Below, piece after piece: positions 8,518-16,388 of a stretch of DNA of 25,048 nucleotides. A program made the position numbers and the translations under genes. Source of the DNA: Thermoproteota archaeon. GTDB taxonomy: Archaea > Asgardarchaeota > Jordiarchaeia > Jordiarchaeales > Freyrarchaeaceae. Location of the stretch: positions 1 through 25,048 of the forward strand of contig JAPDJY010000067.1 in assembly GCA_029258835.1 (NCBI GenBank), given 5' to 3'. The notes beneath the pieces were generated by a model. That model was not told the origin of the DNA. It did no database searches and saw only the letters and a program-made list of their open reading frames with translations. How positions within the stretch are numbered: the first letter of the stretch is position 1; the number at the start of each line of letters is the position of its first letter.

Positions 8518-9813
8518 TTAGACGAATTTCCTTCTGTCCTCTAGTAGTCTTGCACTTTCTGGTATATCTCCTGGGTTCACTATTTCGACTTCAGACTTTA
8601 TCCTCAGGGCCTGCTTAAACTCTTCCTCTAAGATTTTCTTCATTTCTTCGAACTTTGATGGATCCTTGCATTCCACCTTGATCGTCATTACGTCTGTTAC
8701 CCCTGGGCGCTCAACTATTATCTGGAACCTGCCAAGTTCTGGATGTCTTTTCACGACTTCCTCGGCTTGCTTTGGATGTATGAATACGCCTTTAACCTTC
8801 GTTAACATGTCTATTCTTCCTAGGATTCCCATCAGCCTTGCCTCGGTGCGTCCGCACTCGCACTTCTCCACGTTCAGGACGGAAGCATCCCCTGTCCTGT
8901 AGCGTATTAAGGGGAGAGCCTCCCTTTCGAGTGGGGTTGCAACTATTTCTCCTTCCTCCCCTGGCTCGACAGGCTCCAAGGTGTTCGGGTCGATTATCTC
9001 TATGAGGTAAAACTCCTCGTTAATGTGCATTCCATTATGGTACTGGCACTCACGCGACATAACTCCTAGCTCGGCTACGCCGTAAGCGTCGAAAAGCTCC
9101 ATGTCAAAGGTTTCCTCAAGGTACTTCCTCAGGGAGGGTGGGAGAGGCTCTGCTCCGCACAGTCCAACCCTTAACTTCAAATCCTTCTTGGGGTCTATGC
9201 CCATCTTCTTCGCTTCCTCAGCCAGCCTAGCGAGGAAGCTCGGTGTTCCAGCGTATATTGTTGTCCCAAGAGATTTCATGAATTCAAGCTGCATCCTGCT
9301 CTCACCCGGACCAGCCGGTATGATCGTTAGGCCTGCACTCTCGGCAGCCATGTGGACGAAGAAGCCAGCGGGCATAAAGTGGTAGGAAAGGGTTATTTGT
9401 ATGACGTCGCCTGGCTGAGGCTCGTAAACGTGCGTTTTAAGGAGGATCCTTCTAGTTATTTCGAGGTCTTTCTCCGTGTAGGGTTCAAAAATGGGCCCTG
9501 GGGAAATGAATACCAAGCGTAGCTTCTCCTTCGGGACGGCTAGGAATTCCCCATATGGGGGATGCTGCCTCTGGTTAGCTACAAGCTCGTGCTTACTTGT
9601 GAAGGGAACCTTCTTGAAGAAGTCGTCTAAGCTTCTTATGTCGTCTGGTTTCACGCCAGCCTCGTCAAACTTCCTGTGATAGTAGGGTGAGTTCTCGTAC
9701 GCATACCTCACCATAGCCAGTGCCTTCTTCTCCTGCAGGCGTCTCAGTTCCTCCCTACTCATTGTCTCGGTTTCAAACAGTGGCCTACCCAAAATCCCTC
9801 CTCCTAAAGCCAC
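8518..9813 (-). CDS. Phenylacetate-CoA ligase family protein, SPGP-loop subtype
   Basis: ETMSREEL, FISPGPIFEP, GTPSF, GAEP, DAYGVAE, PLIRYRTGD, CECGRT, GRIDMLTKVKGVFIHP. Confidence 0.88.
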   Translation of the reverse strand: MALGGGILGRPLFETETMSREELRRLQEKKALAMVRYAYENSPYYHRKFDEAGVKPDDIRSLDDFFKKVPFTSKHELVANQRQHPPYGEFLAVPKEKLRLVFISPGPIFEPYTEKDLEITRRILLKTHVYEPQPGDVIQITLSYHFMPAGFFVHMAAESAGLTIIPAGPGESRMQLEFMKSLGTTIYAGTPSFLARLAEEAKKMGIDPKKDLKLRVGLCGAEPLPPSLRKYLEETFDMELFDAYGVAELGVMSRECQYHNGMHINEEFYLIEIIDPNTLEPVEPGEEGEIVATPLEREALPLIRYRTGDASVLNVEKCECGRTEARLMGILGRIDMLTKVKGVFIHPKQAEEVVKRHPELGRFQIIVERPGVTDVMTIKVECKDPSKFEEMKKILEEEFKQALRIKSEVEIVNPGDIPESARLLEDRRKFV

Positions 9814-10112
9814 CTAAAGAAGATAAAAAGAGGTTTATAACTTAAAAAGGTAACCTTACACGTGAGCTGCTCCCCCAGGGATTGAATGGTTGGCAGATTT
9901 TTAACGGAAGGTTATTTTATTCTTAAGTTGACGGATGGAGGGGGTTGCTGGCTTACGTGTATACGTTTCACAGGTGTGTAAGTGCAAGGTGTATCCGAGC
10001 GTTTGGGTGGGTGATAACCCGGAAGTCGGTGAAAACGAGTGGAGGGCCCCGGGCTGGCGGCAGATTTTTATTATTTATCATTTATTTATCATTTTGGCTT
10101 CCATACTTACTT

Positions 10113-10935
10113 TTATGTTTTATTAATATTTTGTTTCATCTTGGAAAAGTTTCCTTTGAAGAAGGTACACTCCTTAATGCAGATACCGCAGCCAAGAGTT
10201 TTAGAAAATACTTTTGCACATTTTGTATAATCTATATGCTTTTCACGGCCATTATTCAAAATCTCTGCCTTTTTGAATATCGCCTTCGCCGGGCATGCAG
10301 AGACGCGGTGATTGTAGATTTCACAGAAATCTGGAATCCAAGAGTATTTCTCTGCATTAGAATCCGTGACAGGAAGATTTTCTATGTCGGTATATATCGC
10401 GGCAATCCTCTGGGATGGGCCATTTCTCTCGGAAACTAAAAGGTCTCTCGGAAATTAAAAGGCCATGCTTTCCGATATGTCCAAGTCCCGCCTTTTTGAG
10501 CGAGAAGAACAAAGTTTGTGCTGCCACCTATAGGAGGGTCAGACTGTGCATTATAACCTCTTTTTCATAAATTCTGAGAGTCTGTAGACTGCCTTGCTAA
10601 GTTCTGCATAAGTTCTCCACACCTCCCCCTGCAATTACGCTTAGTGCCTGTTTTATTCTTTCTTTATCCCGTGTCCGTTATAAGGGCTATAGCGTTTTTG
10701 AACAGAAGCAGCCTGTTGCTGAAGATATGTTCTCTTGGAGCTTCCGTATCCTATAGCGGAGCAGCCGAGCTTCTTTGCATAAGCTTCCAGCTCCATGAAG
10801 AATTTTTCATCCGCTTTCTTCCTGGCATCCTGTAGAATCCTTTTAATGCTCTCCGAGCTTTTTCTTGTATAATATGGTCTTTAAAAGGTACGGTAGTGCA
10901 ATCAGCGTCTTCAACATATGCCTTGCGAAGCAGTT
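10113..10935 (-). pseudogene. Decayed reductive dehalogenase / epoxyqueuosine reductase (QueG)-like protein with two [4Fe-4S] motifs
   Basis: Stitched minus-strand frames read ELEAYAKKLGCSAIGY ... TYAELSKAVYRLSEFM ... GGSTNFVLLAQK-GLGHIGKHGLLISER/NGPSQRIAAIYTDIENLP ... FCEIYNHRVSACPAKAI ... KCAKVFSKTLGCGICIKECTFF-stop. Several frameshifts, a 19-bp duplication and two lost Cys. Confidence 0.8.
10425..10462. repeat. 19-bp tandem duplication that frameshifts the Fe-S pseudogene
   Basis: tctctcggaaactaaaagg / tctctcggaaattaaaagg, one mismatch. Confidence 0.9.
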
Positions 10936-11113
10936 AAATGTTTGGTGGGTGTTTGTGAGTGCTGGTTTGGCCACGGGGTGGCCTATGGGGTGGAGTCTTC
11001 GGATGGGGGGCTCCGGGGTTACCCCGAATGCTCCATCAGGGCTTAGCCCGATGATGGGGAAACGCCTGACAGACCAAAACACACATCTACCTATAAAAAC
11101 CTATCAAGCGTGA
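10936..11113 (+). mobile_element. Probable non-autonomous remnant of an IS200/IS605/IS607 element (3' end of tnpB, omegaRNA-like region)
   Basis: Abrupt GC-rich, hairpin-dense segment. The + frame encodes LRMGGSGVTPNAPSGLSPMMGK...stop, which I recall as resembling the tail after the last RuvC motif of archaeal TnpB. Boundaries are approximate. Confidence 0.45.
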
Positions 11114-11212
11114 ACCCCAACTTACACCACCACTAACTGCAACAACCTCGGGAACTCTCATACCTCTGGAGAAGTGGAGAGAGGTTTTACTAGTGGGGTG
11201 TCCTCTGGTACA

Positions 11213-11321
11213 AGGTTCCTGACGTCTGGAAGAACGAAAAATACCAATTTTCTGGATAACTTAATTCCAGCTTTCGTCTTCTTTTCACCGTCAAAGAGGA
11301 AGTCAGATATACCTGTTAGGC
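11213..11321 (-). repeat. Long imperfect palindrome with a GCCTAAC/GTTAGGC core; degenerate attC-like site
   Basis: Nested arms AGGT/ACCT, CTGAC/GTCAG, AAGAACGAAA/TTTCGTCTT and CTGGA/TCCAG, with GTTAGGC at 11315-11321. Confidence 0.35.
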
Positions 11322-11594
11322 GAGTGGGTTATTTCATTTTCCATAATTCGTAGCTTTTCCCTCTTTCACACGTCCACCAGTCTCCAATTTTCCTCTGGTT
11401 TCACCTTGCCGTTTAACATGTTTTGCGGCTTCGTCAGAGATGGCGGTGGGCTAGCCTCCGGCATGAGCGTTCTTTAACGGGCTGAAACATCGACTAGCTT
11501 CAACGATTGGTGGCCGATTTCTTACTGGAAAGTAAAACTTGAGGCCAAATACGGTTAGTCTAGAAACCTTTTAGAGAGGATAAACTCTTTTAAT

Positions 11595-13229
11595 ATGGAT
11601 CTGGAGGGAGGTGGAATGGTTAAGGGCTTGTCCATGGAGGATCATGTCCTTAAGAGCAGCTTTAGGATGGCTTATGGATTGGAGGCTTACGCCGCCACCA
11701 GTAGTGTGGCTGAGATAATGTCCGAGCTTGTGAAGGCTAGCTTGGGGCCGAGAGGGAGGGTTAAGCTCCTCGTCGACAAGTACGGGAACTTTAAGGTGAC
11801 AGGGAGCGGGGTGGAAATCCTTAAGGAAGTTGAGGCGAAGCACCCTGTCGCTAAAACCCTCGTTGAAATAGCTAAAACGCAGAACAGGAACGTCCGTGAC
11901 GGAGTTAAGAGGGCTGTCATAATGGCTGGCAAACTGGCTGAGGAAGCCTACAAGCTGATAGGACGTGAGGGGTTGCATCCGAACATCGTCGTGAGGGGAT
12001 ACCTAGCTGCAACTAAGATGGCTGTGAAGTTTCTAAGGGAAGCAGCAACCCCCGCCAGGTCGGACGGCGGACTACTCTTCAGAGCTGCTCTAACATCGGT
12101 CAACGGGTTCAATGGAGGAGGACACCTTGCAGACATAGCGGTCAGGGTGGTTAAAAGCGTCTCCGGCGAGGTGGAGGACAAGGTTCTGGTGAGAGTTAAG
12201 GAGGGAGGAAGCGTCCTAGACTCGGAATTCGTCGACGGGGTTATAATAAATAAGGAGGTTGCAAACCCGAACATGCCCAGGCGGGTGGAGGAGGCGAGGA
12301 TACTCGTCGTCAAGCAGAAGCTCTACATAGAGAAGAGGTTTGAACATGCCGACTATGCTGTCCCGGAGCTTGTCTTAGATGATGCTGGAGACCTTAAAGC
12401 TGCACTTAACACTAGGAGGGAGATGGCTTTGAGGTGGCTTAAAGGCATACTTGAGAGCGGTGCGAACGTGGTAGTCAATTATTATGGTATAGACGGGATT
12501 TTAGAGGAGTTGATGGCGAGGCATGGGATCCTAGCAGTAAGGAGGGCGGATGAGGAATCCTTTAAGAGGCTGGCTGAGGCTTGCGGGGCGAAGATAATTG
12601 GGGACGTCGGCAGGGTCGCCCCCAGCGACCTAGGGTATGCAAGGGTTGTTGAGGAGAGAAAGGTTGGAGGAGGGGCGAGAGCGGATAAGATGGTTTTCGT
12701 TAGAGGGTGCAGGAACCCTAAGACGGTGAGCGTGCTTGTTAAGGGTGGAACGTGGGAGGTCGCTGAGGAAGCTGAGAGGATGCTGTGGAAAGCCATTCGA
12801 GCCGCCTATAACGTGGTTAGGGATGGATACGTGGTCGGAGGAGGGGGAGCTATAGAGGAGGAGGTTGCAATGAGACTAAGAGATTACGCTGAAGGAGTGG
12901 AGGGACGAGAGCAGTTCGCTATTAAAGCGTTCGCCAACGCGCTAGAGGAGGTTCCGAGGGTTTTAGCACTCAACGCTGGGGCGAACCCCGTCGACGTCAT
13001 AGCAGAGTTGCGTGTAGCCCATAGGAGTGGAGACCTATGGGCGGGGGTTGACGCTCTCTCAGGCCGCGTGAGGAACATGTTTGAAGCAGGCATAGTGGAG
13101 GCTGCAACGGTTGTGGAGCACGCCTTAAAGGTTGCAGGTGAAACCACCGTTGCACTATTAGGGTTGGACGCAATATATGTAACCAAGGGGAGGGTTTTAC
13201 CCGGCGGTAGACCGGAAGAAAGCGAGTGA
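11595..13229 (+). CDS. Divergent group II chaperonin (thermosome/TCP-1 family) with degenerate ATPase motifs
   Basis: SLGPRG, HPVAKTLVE, LHPNIVVRGY, DSEFVDGVII, MPRRVEEARI, VGGGGA, AFANALEEVPRVLALNAG. GDGTT is replaced by RDGVK, TNDG by TGSG, and ERSLHDA by ERMLWKA. Confidence 0.9.
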   Translation: MDLEGGGMVKGLSMEDHVLKSSFRMAYGLEAYAATSSVAEIMSELVKASLGPRGRVKLLVDKYGNFKVTGSGVEILKEVEAKHPVAKTLVEIAKTQNRNVRDGVKRAVIMAGKLAEEAYKLIGREGLHPNIVVRGYLAATKMAVKFLREAATPARSDGGLLFRAALTSVNGFNGGGHLADIAVRVVKSVSGEVEDKVLVRVKEGGSVLDSEFVDGVIINKEVANPNMPRRVEEARILVVKQKLYIEKRFEHADYAVPELVLDDAGDLKAALNTRREMALRWLKGILESGANVVVNYYGIDGILEELMARHGILAVRRADEESFKRLAEACGAKIIGDVGRVAPSDLGYARVVEERKVGGGARADKMVFVRGCRNPKTVSVLVKGGTWEVAEEAERMLWKAIRAAYNVVRDGYVVGGGGAIEEEVAMRLRDYAEGVEGREQFAIKAFANALEEVPRVLALNAGANPVDVIAELRVAHRSGDLWAGVDALSGRVRNMFEAGIVEAATVVEHALKVAGETTVALLGLDAIYVTKGRVLPGGRPEESE

Positions 13230-13345
13230 TAGACGGATTCTTCAAAGAGTATGTAGATAAAATATTTTACTTAGTTTTTGGAAGGCGGCATACGTAAAAA
13301 ATATAGAGAAGGTTGACACTTTAAACTTTGGAGAAATGGTAGGAT

Positions 13346-13969
13346 GTGGCCGCGTTGCTTAGCTTATCCAATGAGGTTACGATTAAGAGGCACTGCAACG
13401 TTGACGACGTTAAGGAGAAGGGGATTGATAAGGGGATCGGGGCTTTCTCCGGGAGCGCTGAGAAGGAAAAAGAAAAGTTGATCTCCGTTATCGAGAAGGG
13501 AGGATACGTGACGATAGCCTACACGCTGGAGAACGTGATAGTGGGGTTTATATCGCTGGACAAGTGGACTATTCCAGCGGGAAGGGTTGTTTTCGAGACA
13601 ATATATGAGCTTGTGGCTGAGGTTAGTAAGGAGTGGAGGGGGAGGGGAATAGCGTTCGCCATGCTCACGTTCACGTTCGAAGACCCGTTCTTCGACGACA
13701 AAATAGTGATCGCAAGGGGGATATCCTCTTACTGGGATCTAACCATGCTTGAGAAGGAAACATACAGGAGGCGGCTCCTCAACGGGTTAAAGGCGGCGGG
13801 TTTCGCCGACTGGAGCGATAACAACCCATTCGGCGGAGAGTTCCTAGCGGTGAGGATAGGAAGCAAAGCTGACCCCTACCTTGTGGAGCACCTCGACGAG
13901 GTGTTCGCCAGGCAGGCAAGCACCATATACGAAACGGAAACAGTCCAGATCTTCGGGGACAAGTTTTAA
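13346..13969 (+). CDS. acuA: AcuA-like GNAT protein lysine acetyltransferase
   Basis: YELVAEVSKEWRGRGIA (motif A), DDKIVIARGISSYWDL, YRRRL and LAVRIGSK are collinear with Bacillus AcuA segments as I recall them. Confidence 0.72.
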   Translation: MAALLSLSNEVTIKRHCNVDDVKEKGIDKGIGAFSGSAEKEKEKLISVIEKGGYVTIAYTLENVIVGFISLDKWTIPAGRVVFETIYELVAEVSKEWRGRGIAFAMLTFTFEDPFFDDKIVIARGISSYWDLTMLEKETYRRRLLNGLKAAGFADWSDNNPFGGEFLAVRIGSKADPYLVEHLDEVFARQASTIYETETVQIFGDKF

Positions 13970-14180
13970 CAGGAACCCGGCTGGAAACGTTAAACCTACC
14001 AAATGGAGGGGTGAATGCACACTGCGAGGCACCTCTAAAGGAAGGAGGCTTCCTATGGTGTTCACTATCTCGCCGACGTGAGGGGTGCTTCTATTTTGCA
14101 TGTTCGAAAATTTTAGGATGTGCGAGACGGGCTACACTACAATTGTTAGGAGTTTCTGGTAGAGGTTGATGACGGCAATG

Positions 14181-14198
14181 CGGAAAAAATATATATAG
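14181..14198 (+). promoter_or_regulatory. BRE/TATA-like promoter of the lipoate ligase gene
   Basis: CGGAAAAAATATATATAG upstream of GGAGGTG and the start. Confidence 0.5.
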
Positions 14199-14226
14199 TT
14201 TCCTAATTAATAGAGAATTTTTGTAA

Positions 14227-15339
14227 ATGACAATAGGAGGTGGGGTTTTGGAGGAGTGGAGGTACGTAACAAGAGACATCGACATGGTTGATACTGCTGC
14301 TATACCTCCGGCGGTCATTCAAGCTGTAAGTAAGGGTTCTGCCCCCAGTACCGTTGCGGTGGTTGGATTCACGGTTCCAGGTATAAGCATAGGTTACTTC
14401 CAAGACATAGATACTGAGGTGGATTACGAGAAGGCTAAGGGGCTTGGAATACAGGTCATTCGGAGGTATGGGGTTGGAGGGGGAACGATCTTTGTGGATC
14501 CTAAGGGTAGCATGGCCATGTTCATGGTTTTCAATAAGGACTTCTTTAAAGATATGGATGAGGCGTTCGTGAAGGTTGGAGAGGCCATAGCAGACTTCTA
14601 TAAGAAGGTTGGCGTAGAGGGAGCGTGGTATAAGCACATAGGCGACGTGAAGGTTGGAGATAGGAAGATAACAGGGTTCGGCTTCGTTACGGTCGGCAAC
14701 CTGATGGTGCAGAACACCATAATAGGGGTGGGCGACATAAATGTTAAATTGTTCATGCAGGCGGCGAAGATCCCACCGGAGAAGTTTCAGGACAAGAAGG
14801 CGAAGGACGTAGCCGAGTGGGTGACAAACATTCAGAAGGAAACCGGGAGGCTGCCAAGTAAGGAGGAAGTCCAGAAAGCAATGAAGGAGGCGCTTGAAGA
14901 ACATCTTAACATAACTCTGACGCCAGGGGAGCTAACCGAGGAAGAGGAAAACATAAGGCAATCATTCCGGAAGATGGTTCTTTCCGAGGAGCACACCTTC
15001 GCCTTCTCAAGTGCACGCAGGTTCCCAACCGTCCCTTCAGGATACAAGTTCGGCTGGGCGAGGTACAAGGCGCGCAAGCTCCTAGTAGCCCATGCCATGA
15101 TAGATAGGGAAGGGAGAATATCAGATGTCATGTTCTCGGGGGACTTCTACTGCAGCCCTGCTCAGTACCTCAAAGACATAGAGGAAAACCTTAAGGGAGT
15201 TGAGGCAATAGACAGGGAGGTAATCCTGGGAAAAGTGAAGGAGATTTACAGCAGACCTGACTGGCAGATACCCATGGTCGACGCAGAAGACTTCGTTGAA
15301 GCCTTGAGAAGAGCCGTGGAGAACGCTCTGGAAAAATAA
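14227..15339 (+). CDS. lplA: Lipoate-protein ligase A family, catalytic domain plus C-terminal accessory domain
   Basis: ISIGYFQD, VIRRYGVGGGTIFVD, GDVKVGDRKITG, C-terminal MFSGDFY. The true start may be the TTG at 14248. Confidence 0.85.
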   Translation: MTIGGGVLEEWRYVTRDIDMVDTAAIPPAVIQAVSKGSAPSTVAVVGFTVPGISIGYFQDIDTEVDYEKAKGLGIQVIRRYGVGGGTIFVDPKGSMAMFMVFNKDFFKDMDEAFVKVGEAIADFYKKVGVEGAWYKHIGDVKVGDRKITGFGFVTVGNLMVQNTIIGVGDINVKLFMQAAKIPPEKFQDKKAKDVAEWVTNIQKETGRLPSKEEVQKAMKEALEEHLNITLTPGELTEEEENIRQSFRKMVLSEEHTFAFSSARRFPTVPSGYKFGWARYKARKLLVAHAMIDREGRISDVMFSGDFYCSPAQYLKDIEENLKGVEAIDREVILGKVKEIYSRPDWQIPMVDAEDFVEALRRAVENALEK

Positions 15340-15619
15340 GGGGAACCACCCCCCACTATTTTTTAGCTTCACCCGGGATCAACCCGGAAATGTACATTAC
15401 GAGCTAGGTTTTTAATTAGTCCTCTTAAAAACATGTTAGAGGGATCCTTCAAAAATGACGGGTGGAAGTCTTGGAAAAATTCACTAGGTTTATGGCAGCT
15501 CCACGTTCGAGGCTGGGCTTCATCCCGTCTACTAAAGCCGGTCGGAGGCACCGTTGAAACGCGACATTCTCGGCGATGTTCCGGTAAAATGTAAAAAAGG
15601 GTTAATGCTACTTAGTTAA

Positions 15620-15958
15620 GTGGTGTTCACGATGCTCGGTGTGTACCTTGATCTTAGAGCGGACGAAGACTGGATTAGGCTTGTTGAAGCTTTCACGAGG
15701 AAGCTGAGGCTACGCGTTCCGGGCGTCGTTAAGGTGGTTGCTCTCGCCAGCCCTGAGGAGAGGGTCTACGATAGCAACGTCCTAGTGGTTGTGGAGGAGG
15801 AAGAGGAGCTAATAGAAAGAAGGGTGGTTGACGCAGCCATCGAAGCTGAGGAGGAAACAGGCATGCACGGGCAGCTAAGCCCCATAACCTGCACCATCAA
15901 AGAACCACTACTGGAAAGGTTTATTGGCGGGTTTACAGTAGAGGTTGAACACTTATGA
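15620..15958 (+). CDS. Divergent MNT-fold protein, putative antitoxin
   Basis: VVKVVALASPEERVYDSNVLVVVE occupies the position of GS...DxD; C-terminal GQLSPI; ATGA overlap with the HEPN gene. Confidence 0.55.
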   Translation: MVFTMLGVYLDLRADEDWIRLVEAFTRKLRLRVPGVVKVVALASPEERVYDSNVLVVVEEEEELIERRVVDAAIEAEEETGMHGQLSPITCTIKEPLLERFIGGFTVEVEHL

Positions 15959-16323
15959 GTGTGGCTAAGTCTAGGGTCCTGATGGGTGAGGCTAGAAAGG
16001 ACGTTGAGATAGGCTGCTACGGTAAGGCCGTTAGCGCAGCGTACTTCGCCCTTAGAATGGCCGTGGAGAGGTACCTTGAGAGGCTTGGAGCGCCCTTCTC
16101 CAAGAAAGACGATAAGCTGGCTAATACGATGCGTAGCTTGGGGTTAAAGGAGGTTTCATACGCTATGAGGGTTCTATTCCAAGCGAGGAAGAGGGCGGAC
16201 CATGGCAGCAAGTTCTTCACTAGGAGGGAGGCTGAGGAGTTGGTGGCTATGGCAGAGGAGGCGTGGAGGAGAATTCTTGAAGCGCTCAGGGAGAGAGAAG
16301 CTCGAGAGAGAGGGGGAACATGA
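15955..16323 (+). CDS. HEPN domain protein (UPF0332-like)
   Basis: YGKAVSAAYFA, LFQARKRADHG (RX4H), FTRREAEELVAMAEE. Confidence 0.8.
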   Translation: MSVAKSRVLMGEARKDVEIGCYGKAVSAAYFALRMAVERYLERLGAPFSKKDDKLANTMRSLGLKEVSYAMRVLFQARKRADHGSKFFTRREAEELVAMAEEAWRRILEALREREARERGGT

Positions 16324-16388
16324 TAGTACTGTATTTGAGCTTTGCATGCTGGCGCTGATTACTGCGACGATGAGGTAGTGGAGGATGT

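Noticed and set aside
9935-10439. Plus-strand ORFs of 63-164 aa, some hydrophobic
   Set aside because: They are mostly antisense to the Fe-S pseudogene, and the hydrophobicity comes from T-rich sequence.
14203-14904. 233-aa minus-strand ORF and similar long antisense ORFs (1166-1735, 4005-4562, 16342-16935, 18734-19847)
   Set aside because: They overlap confidently identified genes on the opposite strand and show no recognisable motifs.
15340-15619. tRNA or ncRNA in this and other intergenic gaps (8180-8517, 13970-14180)
   Set aside because: No cloverleaf, T-loop with acceptor stem, or paired C/D boxes could be assembled by eye.
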